From IMG/VR virus record IMGVR_UViG_3300023181_000025, positions 1 through 64,000 of that record: a stretch of DNA of 64,000 nucleotides; one strand, given 5' to 3'. Under the pieces are notes generated by a model. That model saw only the letters and a program-made list of their open reading frames with translations, was not told the DNA's origin and made no database searches. The translations under genes and the position numbers were made by a program. Positions within the stretch are counted from its first letter, which is position 1; each line of letters opens with the position of its first letter. Shown one piece after another: positions 16,308 through 26,431 of the stretch.

Positions 16308-18137
16308 ATGAAGGTTACAGAAGAAGTTTCTACAGCAATTAAGGTAAAACCTAAGATGGTATATGCCTCGGGAGAAAAGCCCTCCAGAGGTCGTGGCGGT
16401 CATTCATCCTCTTCAGGTGGAGATATAAGCGGCCTTTTATGCAACATTAAAGACGGTGTGTCGCCTTTTCGTCACCAATCAGGTGACGTAGATGTAAAAG
16501 AAGCTATAGAATTGTGCCAAAAAGCTTACTGGAACGTATCTATTTTTAAGTTGACTATAGATATCATGTCTGAGTTTGCCAATTCCAACATTCATTTTAA
16601 AGGGAAAAACAAGTCCACCGTTAAGTTTTTTGAGAATTGGGACAAAAAAATAAATGGATCTAATCTAAGGGATCAGTTTTTTCGCGAACTCTTCAGAAGT
16701 AGTAATATATTCCTATATAGATTGAAGGGTCAAATTTCTAGAGTCGGGAAAGGTGCATTTGTTGACATTCCTTTAAAATACATTGTATTGAATCCTGCGG
16801 ATATGCGGGCCGTTTCTTCTGCTTCTTTTAGCGAAGGGGCTAACTATAGCAAGGTTCTAAATCCTTATGAAGTTACTGTTTTGAGGGAGAGCACAGACAT
16901 TAAGAACATAGAATTAAAAAAATCTTTACCGCTAAAAACACAAAAAGAAATAGAAGATGGAATTTCTGAAGTTTCCATACCAATTCCTACTGATGATTTA
17001 GTATCTATATTCTTTAAGAAACAAGATTACGAAGCTCTTGCGGTTCCTTTGTATTTTCCTGTATTATTTGATATAAATTTAAAATTAGAATTCAAAAAAG
17101 CAGAACAAATTATTGCCCGCGCATGTGAATATATGATCCTGTTGATTAATGTGGGGGACAAAGATGATGGGACAGATCAGGCTGTTGTGGAGAGTATTGA
17201 GCAACTCTTTTCTACCGAGAGTGTGGGTCGTGTCATGATTACGGACTGGTCAACTAAAATGTCCTTTGTCATGCCTGAGCTTGATAAAATCTTAGGGCCT
17301 GAAAAATACGTGGCCGTAAACCAAGATATTGCGAACGGTTTAATGAATATCTTCTTTGGAGATTCTAAATATGCCGACTCCATGGTTAAGATAAAAGTTT
17401 TCTTAGAAAGATTGAAAGAAGCCAGAAAAATTTATTTAAGTCAGTTTTTAATCCCAGAAATGGACGCTATTTGTGAAAAAATGGGGTTTAGGGAGTGCCC
17501 TGAGCCATTCTTTGAGGAAATTAATTTAAATGATGAATTGGAATATAAAAAGATTTACAACCGTTTGTCGGAACTTGGAATTCTTACCCCAGAAGAGGTT
17601 CTTAAAGCTTATGATACGGGAGTCTTGCCGGAGCCATATGATAGCGTCATATCTCAAGAGGCTTTCAAGAAACAGAAGGACGATGGTTTATATATACCTG
17701 TTTCTTTGGCTCAAGTTGAAGACCCCAATGCAACAATTCCCGGACAATCTGGCAGACCTACGGGCACACCTCAAAAACAAAAACAAAAAAAGGTTACTCC
17801 CGTTGGAGCTTCTGCTACATTCTCTGCCGAAAAACTTGCCGAGGTATCAAAAACAGCAAATCTATTGATCGCAGCCGCCACCGTAGAGGTTAAATCTAAA
17901 TTCAAAGTCGAACGAATTAGTAAAAAGAATAAGGACTTTGCAAAAAATATAGCGTTTACAATTATGCAAAACGAAGAAATCGACAATTGGTTTGTAAAAC
18001 TTCGTGATTATTTGGACAATCCTACTCAATTGGGGCCTATTTATAATGAGGTTGCTGATTTGGCTGGTTATCATCAAATTGATTTTAATAGTGCCGCACT
18101 TCTTTATCAGGCTAGAATAACTTCTCAAAGTGAATAA
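16308..18137 (+). CDS. Portal protein
   Basis: Directly follows TerL; size; AYWNVSIFKLTIDIMSEF N-terminal helix and LNPADM pattern. Confidence 0.75.
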   Translation: MKVTEEVSTAIKVKPKMVYASGEKPSRGRGGHSSSSGGDISGLLCNIKDGVSPFRHQSGDVDVKEAIELCQKAYWNVSIFKLTIDIMSEFANSNIHFKGKNKSTVKFFENWDKKINGSNLRDQFFRELFRSSNIFLYRLKGQISRVGKGAFVDIPLKYIVLNPADMRAVSSASFSEGANYSKVLNPYEVTVLRESTDIKNIELKKSLPLKTQKEIEDGISEVSIPIPTDDLVSIFFKKQDYEALAVPLYFPVLFDINLKLEFKKAEQIIARACEYMILLINVGDKDDGTDQAVVESIEQLFSTESVGRVMITDWSTKMSFVMPELDKILGPEKYVAVNQDIANGLMNIFFGDSKYADSMVKIKVFLERLKEARKIYLSQFLIPEMDAICEKMGFRECPEPFFEEINLNDELEYKKIYNRLSELGILTPEEVLKAYDTGVLPEPYDSVISQEAFKKQKDDGLYIPVSLAQVEDPNATIPGQSGRPTGTPQKQKQKKVTPVGASATFSAEKLAEVSKTANLLIAAATVEVKSKFKVERISKKNKDFAKNIAFTIMQNEEIDNWFVKLRDYLDNPTQLGPIYNEVADLAGYHQIDFNSAALLYQARITSQSE

Positions 18138-18146
18138 AAAGTGTAA
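18122..18146 (+). promoter_or_regulatory. Putative late promoter
   Basis: TTCTCA-N14-TGTAA, ATG at 18159. Confidence 0.65.
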
Positions 18147-18158
18147 ATAAAAATTATT

Positions 18159-19631
18159 ATGGCACATAGAGATTTTAAATATACGAGACGGTTTGAGTCA
18201 AAGGCTAGATTTGACTTGGGAACTTGGAGGGAGGCTTCGGCTAGCAAGTCAATTATTGCTAAAGCTAGCTTAGAGGATTTGAGATCCTTACTTCCGGCTA
18301 ATGAGGTTATTGAAGACGACAACGATCTTCTTTATACCGCTTTTAATGCCGCTGTTGTAAACCTTATCAATGCAAACGATCATGGTATTGGGACCGAAAC
18401 CGCTCTTGCCGTATCAAAATACTTTGTAAAAAGGCACTTAAATCTTGAACACGACCGCAATAGTGTGGTTGGCCATATTATTACACAGGGGTTTAGTTCT
18501 TTCGGAGATAATAAAATCCTTCAGGCCGAAGAGATTTCGGGGAATGACCCTTTTAATATTTGCTTGGGAGGGATTGTTTATAGATATGTGCGAGACTATG
18601 TTGCCCAATTTATTGAAGAGGCCGCTGACGAAAAAAGCCCTTGGTATCAAGAGGTAGCGTCGTCTTGGGAAATTGGATTTAATGATTTTGATATTGTTCT
18701 TGGCTCTAAAAGGGTAAAGGACGCAGAGATAATTTCAAATCCAGAACAAGTTAAAGAATTTACTCCGCTATTGGCTTCTGAGGGCGGAGAAGGCTTTACT
18801 AAAGACGGGGTTCCAGTTTATATGCTAATTAAAGGTGATGATGCAAGGCCTGTTGGTTGCGCCTTTACTACAACTCCTGCTGCTGCGGTTAAAGGAGTCT
18901 TAGTTGCATCGTCTAAACTAGAAAGTCTTGAAAATAAAAATTCTCAAGAAATTATAACTCTTTCCAGCTCAATTTTGGAGAAATTGGCAGAAACGAATAA
19001 AACAATTGAAAAACTAAGCATTTCTACTTCACAAAATAAAATAATTAATGTAACTAAAAATAGCATGAAAATTAAATCTATTGACCAAATTACTCCAGAC
19101 TTCTTGAAAGAAGCTGAAGCAAGCGACGTTAGAGATTTCATTACTCAAACACTTGCAGATAAAGCTTCCGAATTTTCTACTCAAGTTTCCGAAAAGGAAA
19201 CCGAGAAGAAAGGCATTCAGTCCGAATTGGAAGAAGCTAAAGCAAAGGTCACTGAATTGGAATCTAAAGTTGCTTCTCTTAATGATATCATCTCCGCTAA
19301 GGAAAAGGAAGAAGCTTTCAATGTCCGTATGGATGAGATTGATTCTACCTTTAAGCTTACTGAAGAACAAAAAAAATCAGTTGCCTCAAAAATCAAAACT
19401 CTCGACAGCGATGAGTCCTATAAGACTTGGAAGAAAGAATTCTCTCTTTTCGCTACCTTTAAGGGCGACGAAGTTGATGAAACTGAAAGTGACGACGAAG
19501 AAGACGAGGTCAAGAACCTAAAAGAAGCCAAGGCTTCCAAAGGAAAACTTCCTAATGCCGCTGATTCGAAAGCAAATAGTGATATTGACGAATTGGCAAG
19601 TGGATTAGAAATCCTTTCTTTCAGAAAATAA
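18159..19631 (+). CDS. Prohead protease with fused C-terminal scaffold domain
   Basis: NANDH, LNLEH...VVGH, ASSWE, GCAFTTTPA protease-like motifs; acidic coiled-coil C-terminus. Confidence 0.75.
   Translation: MAHRDFKYTRRFESKARFDLGTWREASASKSIIAKASLEDLRSLLPANEVIEDDNDLLYTAFNAAVVNLINANDHGIGTETALAVSKYFVKRHLNLEHDRNSVVGHIITQGFSSFGDNKILQAEEISGNDPFNICLGGIVYRYVRDYVAQFIEEAADEKSPWYQEVASSWEIGFNDFDIVLGSKRVKDAEIISNPEQVKEFTPLLASEGGEGFTKDGVPVYMLIKGDDARPVGCAFTTTPAAAVKGVLVASSKLESLENKNSQEIITLSSSILEKLAETNKTIEKLSISTSQNKIINVTKNSMKIKSIDQITPDFLKEAEASDVRDFITQTLADKASEFSTQVSEKETEKKGIQSELEEAKAKVTELESKVASLNDIISAKEKEEAFNVRMDEIDSTFKLTEEQKKSVASKIKTLDSDESYKTWKKEFSLFATFKGDEVDETESDDEEDEVKNLKEAKASKGKLPNAADSKANSDIDELASGLEILSFRK
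19028..19053 (+). promoter_or_regulatory. Internal putative late promoter for a nested scaffold gene
   Basis: TTCACA-N15-TGTAA inside the protease ORF; in-frame ATG at 19065. Confidence 0.6.
19065..19631 (+). CDS. Nested in-frame scaffolding protein (188 aa)
   Basis: In-frame ATG 11 nt after the promoter motif; coiled-coil acidic sequence. Confidence 0.55.
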   Translation: MKIKSIDQITPDFLKEAEASDVRDFITQTLADKASEFSTQVSEKETEKKGIQSELEEAKAKVTELESKVASLNDIISAKEKEEAFNVRMDEIDSTFKLTEEQKKSVASKIKTLDSDESYKTWKKEFSLFATFKGDEVDETESDDEEDEVKNLKEAKASKGKLPNAADSKANSDIDELASGLEILSFRK

Positions 19632-19653
19632 TAGATAAAGACAAGAACAAAAT

Positions 19654-20235
19654 ATGAACATTACTCAAGTTCCTAACTTAAAACCACTTCGCTCTTACGA
19701 TGAGCACGATGTTATCGAATTCTTCTCGCACCAAGATGCGAGCGCGAATAAAGGTTCCCTTGTCTCTATCGTAACCGCCAATGGTAATACAAACGTTGGC
19801 AAAAACGCCAATGTTCCGCCTACTCCACATGTTGGAGTTCAGGGTCCGATGTCCAACGTTCCTAGCCGTGCTGCTGCATTCCGCTATGAAGTTAAATGGA
19901 AAGTTAAAACGGCTACAGTTGGCGATACCCCACTCGGTTTCCTTCTATTTGACGTTCGTAACGTAAACCAATACGGCGAACAATATATTTTCCGCCCTCA
20001 CCAAGAAAGAATCGACAAGAATCTTGTAGTTTCTGGTGAAGCTGTGCCAATCGTTACCAAAGGTCTGTTTAAGATCAACGGTATTGTTGGAACTCCTGGT
20101 CCTAACTCTGGTGCCATTCCTGCTTCTGGCGGATATGTCCAAGTTGTGGCCAATGTAACCGGAGCCAACAACGTAGGTAAATTCCTCACAACAAAAGATG
20201 CGGACGGTTACGCATTATTCAAACTTGAACTGTAA
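19654..20235 (+). CDS. Head decoration/cement-like protein
   Basis: Lies between scaffold and MCP; Gly/Val-rich beta sequence. Confidence 0.55.
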   Translation: MNITQVPNLKPLRSYDEHDVIEFFSHQDASANKGSLVSIVTANGNTNVGKNANVPPTPHVGVQGPMSNVPSRAAAFRYEVKWKVKTATVGDTPLGFLLFDVRNVNQYGEQYIFRPHQERIDKNLVVSGEAVPIVTKGLFKINGIVGTPGPNSGAIPASGGYVQVVANVTGANNVGKFLTTKDADGYALFKLEL

Positions 20236-20243
20236 TCCTATAT

Positions 20244-21368
20244 ATGATTAAATTAGAAATTAAAAACGATCCTGCAAAGGTTCAAAAGTTAGCAAGTTTG
20301 CTTAAATTGGCTGCGGGTAGTGAGGGTGATAACAAGGCTGGTAAAGCTCGCGAGGCGATTGCTAAGTTTGTTGGACCTACGATTACTCAAGTTCTTAATC
20401 AGCAAGCAACTCACCGCGCATTATTTACCAAATATGTTTATGATTTCGGGTCCGCCCCAGAAATCCCTATAGACTACTTTGACGGTAATGATGAAGGTCT
20501 ATTGGATGTTTGGTCTACCTCCGTTCCCGGTGGTCTTGCTACCAACCAAGTTGTTGGTGGGGAGTTCTACCGTATGTCAACATTTCGTCTTGATTCGGCT
20601 CTCGCTATGTATAAGAGCCAAGCTCTTCAAGGCAGATTCGAAGCTCTTACCAAGGCAATCGAACGTATGGCTCAAGAGGTCATGCTTAAGGAACAATATC
20701 AAGCATGGGCAACTATTCTTGGTGCATTAGGCGGAGCAAGAACTAACGGTTCTGCACAGCTTATTGACTCCAAAGTTGAAGGAGTTATTCAAGTCGATGA
20801 CTTCAATACTCTTAGAACAAAGGTTTCTCGTTTCAGAAACTCTTGGACAGGTGGAACTCCAACCTCTTCGGTTGGTCGTGGGATTACTCACTTTATCATC
20901 AGCCCTGAGATTCGCGGACAAATTAACTCTTGGGCTTACGAGCCTCAGAACACACGTCCCGGTTCTATAACAACTTCAGGAGCAACAGCAATTCCTCTTC
21001 CGGATCAAATCCGTATGAACATCTTCAATCAATCTGGTCTTCCTGAGATTCCGGGCATTGGAGCCTTCATTGAGCTAAGAGAATTTGGTGTAGGCCAAGC
21101 GTATAACGCAATGTTTGATGATGCTTATACTCCAGGTGGAGGCGACCCAGCGTTCAACGCTGCTAGCGATGAAATCGTAATCGGTATTGACCTTAGTGTC
21201 GATGGTGGTGTTCAAGCGGTTGCATCTGACAGCGACAGAACAACTGAATTGGTTCTTGAAGAAGACGACCAATGGGTTAAGCGTTCCGGTAAATTTGGAT
21301 GGTTTGGTGGTCTTGAAACCGGCTTCGGCTGGACTGACACCAAGACTCTTTCGGGTATCATTATCTAA
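20244..21368 (+). CDS. Major capsid protein
   Basis: Position and size; HK97-like P-domain pattern (THFIISPE); strong terminator downstream. Confidence 0.75.
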   Translation: MIKLEIKNDPAKVQKLASLLKLAAGSEGDNKAGKAREAIAKFVGPTITQVLNQQATHRALFTKYVYDFGSAPEIPIDYFDGNDEGLLDVWSTSVPGGLATNQVVGGEFYRMSTFRLDSALAMYKSQALQGRFEALTKAIERMAQEVMLKEQYQAWATILGALGGARTNGSAQLIDSKVEGVIQVDDFNTLRTKVSRFRNSWTGGTPTSSVGRGITHFIISPEIRGQINSWAYEPQNTRPGSITTSGATAIPLPDQIRMNIFNQSGLPEIPGIGAFIELREFGVGQAYNAMFDDAYTPGGGDPAFNAASDEIVIGIDLSVDGGVQAVASDSDRTTELVLEEDDQWVKRSGKFGWFGGLETGFGWTDTKTLSGIII

Positions 21369-21396
21369 ACACAAGAAATAAAAACTTAAAACATTG

Positions 21397-21423
21397 ATGG
21401 GGAGCTTTTCGCTCCCCATTTTT
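21397..21423 (+). terminator. Rho-independent terminator after MCP
   Basis: ATGGGGAGC-ttttc-GCTCCCCAT plus T-run. Confidence 0.85.
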
Positions 21424-21424
21424 G

Positions 21425-21450
21425 TTCTCATAATTATAATTAAAGTGTAA
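21425..21450 (+). promoter_or_regulatory. Putative late promoter
   Basis: TTCTCA-N15-TGTAA immediately after the terminator, ATG at 21459. Confidence 0.65.
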
Positions 21451-21458
21451 AGGCTAAT

Positions 21459-21776
21459 ATGAAATTTAAATATGTAAGAGACGGTAATATAGATAACCCT
21501 AGAACTATAGATGAGGCCATGGGTTTTAGGAAGTCTCCAGTTATTGGGGGATATACTTCTGTTGCGGAGTTGCAAAACGCTTTAAAGACCATGAATTTAG
21601 TTGATATGCAAGACTTGGCAATTAAACTTGGAATTAAGCCGGTAGGCGAAAGACAGCGCATGATTCGCTCTATGTGTGACCAATTTAAAAGACTTACGAG
21701 AACCTATGGAAATGCCATTAACGCGCCCGTTAACGAAGAAAAAGAAAGCCAAGATTTCGACCCTTCTAAATTCTAA
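21459..21776 (+). CDS. Hypothetical protein
   Basis: 105-aa ORF after MCP. Confidence 0.65.
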   Translation: MKFKYVRDGNIDNPRTIDEAMGFRKSPVIGGYTSVAELQNALKTMNLVDMQDLAIKLGIKPVGERQRMIRSMCDQFKRLTRTYGNAINAPVNEEKESQDFDPSKF

Positions 21777-22315
21777 TGAGCAGAATAACTCCGGCGATGC
21801 AATCCGGTTGGGCCGGAGACATAATTGAATCCTTGCAAGACACGGCATTATCGACCGGGTCTGTTGTCGGCTGGTTAAGAAGTAATTTAGGCCATTTAAA
21901 TTTGTTAATCAGAAGTTCGTATATCTTGGAAGAGGAAGATATTGTTCCCGAAATGACGGACATTCAAAGCGGTATTTACAATGAATTGTATTGGTGTTTT
22001 TGGCTTAAAAGAAAAGCGAAAAACACTTTAGGGGCAGCAAATTATGATTGGATTGAAATCTCTGGAGCAGAACAAGGAACTGTGAGGAAGGTAAGTGATA
22101 CTCAAAAAGCCGTAACGTTTCAAAGTATGGCCCGCGACTGTGATGAAAATTTAAAAAATCTTATTAAACAATATAAAGGTGGAGAATTCTCTTCACCCAG
22201 ACAAATAACCTTTAATAATCGCCGCTCTGTTCCTGATAATATTTATTGTGTGAGTGATTATTGCTGGACAAACCCAATGACCATTGTTTATGAGGAGCAA
22301 ACCGAAGAATTATAA
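21776..22315 (+). CDS. Putative head-tail adaptor
   Basis: Synteny and size only. Confidence 0.45.
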   Translation: MSRITPAMQSGWAGDIIESLQDTALSTGSVVGWLRSNLGHLNLLIRSSYILEEEDIVPEMTDIQSGIYNELYWCFWLKRKAKNTLGAANYDWIEISGAEQGTVRKVSDTQKAVTFQSMARDCDENLKNLIKQYKGGEFSSPRQITFNNRRSVPDNIYCVSDYCWTNPMTIVYEEQTEEL

Positions 22316-22765
22316 ATGATCCCTCCCGACTTAAAAGCGCAAGGAATGGCGGCAATGGATTTTATCTTTGATTTTTTTAAAAGAGAAAACAAGGTTACTT
22401 TCTACAAATCGGCAAGTGAGGTTATTATCTCTAATGACCCTGAATGGAATTCAGATTTCGGCGATAGTTATAGTAATAATATTGTAAAAACCGTTGAGAA
22501 AGCAGAATTTGAATGTCGTATCTGGTATGTAAAAAACGCTCCTGAACTTAAATTTGTGGACGGAACCGAAAATGTTTCATTAGCGGTAGCATATCCAAAA
22601 GGAAAAGTAAAAATACAAATGAGAAGAGACGCTTTTGATTGGCTAAATGAGGTTAAAAGCTTTTGGGTTGAGGGGGAAAAGTATGACAACGTGACCGATA
22701 AAAGAAGAATCGGAATTTTTGGCGAATACCAATTCTATGAGATAACCTTAGAAAAAAATCAATAA
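22316..22765 (+). CDS. Putative head-closure/stopper protein
   Basis: Synteny; beta-rich, ends YEITLEK. Confidence 0.45.
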   Translation: MIPPDLKAQGMAAMDFIFDFFKRENKVTFYKSASEVIISNDPEWNSDFGDSYSNNIVKTVEKAEFECRIWYVKNAPELKFVDGTENVSLAVAYPKGKVKIQMRRDAFDWLNEVKSFWVEGEKYDNVTDKRRIGIFGEYQFYEITLEKNQ

Positions 22766-23349
22766 TGGCTTCGAAAAGTCCTAGAAATACGTTATTTGAG
22801 ATTCTTTCTCGCAGAGTTAGGAAAAAATTTGTTGACCTTACTGAGCAAAAGTATCACGAAGCCTTGGATTGGCTTATTGGGGCTGTTCAATCGCACCCCT
22901 TTTCAATTGATCTACTTTCGCATTCACCCTCTTCTAGGCTGGGTGGATCTAAATCGGGAACATTATTTGGATTTATGGGTTTTCAGAGCGGTAGTAATCC
23001 TATTGACGAACTCACAAAAACTTTAAAATCCAATATAAAATATAGTGTATTAAAGGGAAGAAAGAAGAATGAACTGGCATCAGTTACAATTTCTATTCCT
23101 ACTAAATCAGCATTTTCCTCACTTCAAAGGCTTCCTTGGACTCAAGAATCTTGGCCGTTTTTAGTTGAAAAGGGGATTTCTGGACTTCAATTTTATATTA
23201 ATGATGGAAAATTCCCAGATAGCAGCCGTTCTGGAGAGGGAAATCAAGTTAATCGTGTAATAAGGAATGCGGATTTTGCGAGAGAGGATTATTTAACACC
23301 TTTATTCTCAGAATTTAGAAAAAGACTCTTATTGGGGAGACGAAGATAA
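22765..23349 (+). CDS. Putative neck/tail-completion protein
   Basis: Synteny; basic protein. Confidence 0.4.
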   Translation: MASKSPRNTLFEILSRRVRKKFVDLTEQKYHEALDWLIGAVQSHPFSIDLLSHSPSSRLGGSKSGTLFGFMGFQSGSNPIDELTKTLKSNIKYSVLKGRKKNELASVTISIPTKSAFSSLQRLPWTQESWPFLVEKGISGLQFYINDGKFPDSSRSGEGNQVNRVIRNADFAREDYLTPLFSEFRKRLLLGRRR

Positions 23350-23350
23350 A

Positions 23351-24172
23351 ATGACTTTTGACCATTACTTATTTAGCAGTTTTAAGGAGTATTTAGATCG
23401 TAAGGTAACTGAAAAGTTAGCTGCTTGGAGAACTGCGACAATCCCCTTGTTTGCGCAAAATGATAATAGAAAAAAAGAATATAAAATCGTTGGGGCCGGG
23501 CCAAAACAATGGGTCTTTGATTCTGGAATTACTTCGGATATAGTAAAAAACAATGGCCTTAATGGGGACTGGGCAAACGCCAAGGTCGATTATAGGAATG
23601 CTAGGTTAATCATCCCTAAAAACGGGATAGGAACCGCTCCAGCATCTATTGTAGGCTCCTATAAACTATTTAATTCATATATATCAACAAGTTCAGATGA
23701 GGATCTATTTCTTAATACAAATTGGGACGAAGCTCCTGAAATTATTTCACCTAATAATTCCTCAAAGCCATATAGTTATCATGCTCCATGTTATTTTATT
23801 AAATTGGGTGCGACATATAATAGGGGTCTAGAATTGGGGGGGAGAGATAAAACAACCTATGATATTAAGGTTCCGGTTTTCTGTAAGTCAGAAGGGGATT
23901 TGTATGCGATTGCTGGGGTTTTCCGCGACCTGCAAAATACCGTAGCGTATGTGTTGGATTCTACTCCTTTAGATGAGTTTAATGACTTAAAAGAAGAGGG
24001 CTGGACTTTTTACGATAAAATGGCTGAGATGAAAGAGTTAGGTTCACCTAAAATCTATATCGAAAAAGTATTGTTTACCCCAATTCAAGGGGTTGCGATT
24101 AAACAAGATTTTCCACAAGCTGCAATTGGAATAGCTACCTTTACAATTTTTGTTGGAAGAATGTCACACTAA
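23351..24172 (+). CDS. Putative tail terminator protein
   Basis: Synteny, directly upstream of the tail tube gene. Confidence 0.45.
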   Translation: MTFDHYLFSSFKEYLDRKVTEKLAAWRTATIPLFAQNDNRKKEYKIVGAGPKQWVFDSGITSDIVKNNGLNGDWANAKVDYRNARLIIPKNGIGTAPASIVGSYKLFNSYISTSSDEDLFLNTNWDEAPEIISPNNSSKPYSYHAPCYFIKLGATYNRGLELGGRDKTTYDIKVPVFCKSEGDLYAIAGVFRDLQNTVAYVLDSTPLDEFNDLKEEGWTFYDKMAEMKELGSPKIYIEKVLFTPIQGVAIKQDFPQAAIGIATFTIFVGRMSH

Positions 24173-24183
24173 TTCTTATCAAC

Positions 24184-24208
24184 TTCACAAAATAACAAAT
24201 AAGTGTAA
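24184..24208 (+). promoter_or_regulatory. Putative late promoter
   Basis: TTCACA-N14-TGTAA upstream of the tail tube gene. Confidence 0.65.
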
Positions 24209-24235
24209 TTATTGCTAACAGAACAATTTTAAAAA

Positions 24236-25354
24236 ATGGCTAGAATCAGAACAATTTATGGCAACGAAGCCCTGTTAGTTGGCCCTTCGCCTGCTACGGG
24301 GGCACAACCAGCTACAGGCATCAAAAGAATTCACAGGGTTCAGACTTTGGGGAATACATTTGATTATGGCCTTGAAACTGTAAACGAATACGGCAAAGCT
24401 AACGCCATCGACCGTATTAACCTTGAAGGAACAACCAATACTGTTGAATTCAGTTATTTGGCTGTTGACTTTGAAAATGAAAAAAACCTTGGCTTTACTA
24501 TTGGGAGTAATACTTCTGCAATTGCTGATATTTTAAATAAATCTCAAGACGATAGAAACTACTATCGTTTTGTTGCCCCTGAAGGCCTTGACGCCGAGGG
24601 TCTCGCTGCTTCTGCGGGTGCAGTTATGGCTGTTGGTAATGGCTTCCTTTCTAGCTATTCTTTCGAAGCTGCTGTTGGGGCCTTCCCAACCGCAACTATT
24701 TCAGTTTCCGGCCTTAATACTGCAACTTATCTTAATGGTGTCGCCCAAGATACTCCTGCTGTTGATCCTACCACAGGTCGTAAGGCTGCTGGAGCATTTA
24801 CGCTCCCTACAATTGCTGCCCCTAGCGATTCCAAACCTACGGTGATCCAACCGGGTGGAGTTAAAGTCGTATTCTCTAATCCTGATGCAGGAGTTTTCCA
24901 AAGCTTGGCTCCTAACGATCTTATCGTTCAAAGCGCCAGTGTAAGCTTCGACCTTAATTTAGAAGAAATTAGAGGACTAGGAAGCAGACTTGTTGTTTCT
25001 AGAGAAGTTGAATTTCCTGTTGACGTAACGGTTACTATTGAGGCTCTTATGAGCGATCTTCAAGAAGCCAATCTTGTTAACTTGCTTTGCGAAGAGGAAC
25101 CTACAGACATTACCATTAACCTTTACACAAGTGATTGTGATGAAGACGGCCCGGTTCTTGACGATATCTATGCAAAAATTATTGTAAAGAATACAAAGAT
25201 TACCAATCAAGACCTTTCTGGAACAATCGGTCCTAGCCACACAGTTAGCATGACTTTCCTTGGGCAAATTGGTGCCGCTAACGATAGCGGAAATGGAGTT
25301 TCTTTCAGCGGCGTTTATGGATATTCTGGATCTACGCCTTTGTTTAGCGCATAA
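24236..25354 (+). CDS. Major tail tube protein
   Basis: HRVQ.....F......VNEYG, VQSASVSFDL....IRGLG...R.V.FPV.VTVTIE tube-like pattern; own promoter and terminator. Confidence 0.7.
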   Translation: MARIRTIYGNEALLVGPSPATGAQPATGIKRIHRVQTLGNTFDYGLETVNEYGKANAIDRINLEGTTNTVEFSYLAVDFENEKNLGFTIGSNTSAIADILNKSQDDRNYYRFVAPEGLDAEGLAASAGAVMAVGNGFLSSYSFEAAVGAFPTATISVSGLNTATYLNGVAQDTPAVDPTTGRKAAGAFTLPTIAAPSDSKPTVIQPGGVKVVFSNPDAGVFQSLAPNDLIVQSASVSFDLNLEEIRGLGSRLVVSREVEFPVDVTVTIEALMSDLQEANLVNLLCEEEPTDITINLYTSDCDEDGPVLDDIYAKIIVKNTKITNQDLSGTIGPSHTVSMTFLGQIGAANDSGNGVSFSGVYGYSGSTPLFSA

Positions 25355-25378
25355 TAAATAATTATAAATATTTCAGAC

Positions 25379-25404
25379 GAGCCCGCAAGAAATTGCGGCT
25401 TTTC
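25379..25404 (+). terminator. Rho-independent terminator after tail tube
   Basis: CCGCAA-gaaa-TTGCGG hairpin plus CTTTT. Confidence 0.7.
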
Positions 25405-25416
25405 TGTTTGGCGGGG

Positions 25417-25441
25417 TTCACATTTTTGTTAATTCGTGTAA
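25417..25441 (+). promoter_or_regulatory. Putative late promoter
   Basis: TTCACA-N14-TGTAA, ATG at 25462. Confidence 0.65.
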
Positions 25442-25461
25442 CCATAATCAGGAATAAGGTT

Positions 25462-25731
25462 ATGAACGACTATAGAAGTATTGTCAAGGACGCGGCGAAA
25501 AGAAAATTAGTTGATCTAACTAAGGCCTTTTTAGAAATTATTGACGAATTAAAGAAAGAAGACGGCGAAAAACTTAAAAATTTTTCTTCTATTTCATCTA
25601 AATGGATGAATAGCGAGGAAGTTGAGGTTTTGATGCCGTTTTTAGCGTTAATGACAGACTGTAAAAAAGATATTCTTCGAAAAAGGATACTTGATAAAGC
25701 TGGCGAACTTAGTCGGGAATTAGATAATTAA
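25462..25731 (+). CDS. Hypothetical tail-region protein
   Basis: Probable start ATG 25462 (MNDYRS), downstream of promoter motif. Confidence 0.6.
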   Translation: MNDYRSIVKDAAKRKLVDLTKAFLEIIDELKKEDGEKLKNFSSISSKWMNSEEVEVLMPFLALMTDCKKDILRKRILDKAGELSRELDN

Positions 25732-25741
25732 AGGAACAAGG

Positions 25742-26431
25742 ATGAAAATATTATATACATTTAAACTTAAAAAGCCGTCCAATGGCGAAGAAATTGAACT
25801 GGCTATCAGAAAGCCAACTCGATCAGAAACAGATGAAGCAGACATGCTTGTGAGTGTCTTTCAATCTGAGTGTATCAGACGCGGAGTGTTAACCAAGGAA
25901 ATGATGCTTAAAGCATATAAAAACTTTGGTGGGGCAATGTCTGAAACAGAAGCAAAAAAATACAGAAAACTCAGCGATAATTATGCTGAGGTTGTATTTA
26001 AAATGCAAAAAACTCAAAATAAAAAAGAACTCGCAAAGCTTCAAAAGCAATATGACATTATTTGGGCGGCTCTTTCCGAAATAAATAATGAACACGAGCA
26101 TCTTTTCAATAGGACCGCCGACGTAATTGCGCGGAATAAGGTTATACTTCATCTCGTATTGCTTTTGGGTTTGCAAAAAAAAGACGATCAGTGGGTCAGC
26201 GTCTTTCAAGGGGTGGACTTCGAGGATAGATATGAATCATTTGCTGCTTACGAAGAGATAGAACCCGATGATGCAGAAGCTATTCTTGGCAAAATTTCTT
26301 CCTTTGTAACATTTTGGTATTATGGCGACAAATCCCTTACTGAAAACGATTTCAAAGAATGCGAAAGGTTGATTTATGGAGAAGAAGAGCAGCCTATACC
26401 TGTCGAAACTGAATCAAATCCAGAAGGGTAA
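25742..26431 (+). CDS. Putative tail assembly chaperone
   Basis: Between tube and tape measure; IRKPTR motif. Confidence 0.5.
   Translation: MKILYTFKLKKPSNGEEIELAIRKPTRSETDEADMLVSVFQSECIRRGVLTKEMMLKAYKNFGGAMSETEAKKYRKLSDNYAEVVFKMQKTQNKKELAKLQKQYDIIWAALSEINNEHEHLFNRTADVIARNKVILHLVLLLGLQKKDDQWVSVFQGVDFEDRYESFAAYEEIEPDDAEAILGKISSFVTFWYYGDKSLTENDFKECERLIYGEEEQPIPVETESNPEG

Noticed and set aside
26376-26431. Classical -1 programmed frameshift between tail chaperone ORFs
   Set aside because: The second ORF is in the +1 (or -2) frame, has its own ATG, and no XXXYYYZ slippery heptamer lies in the overlap.
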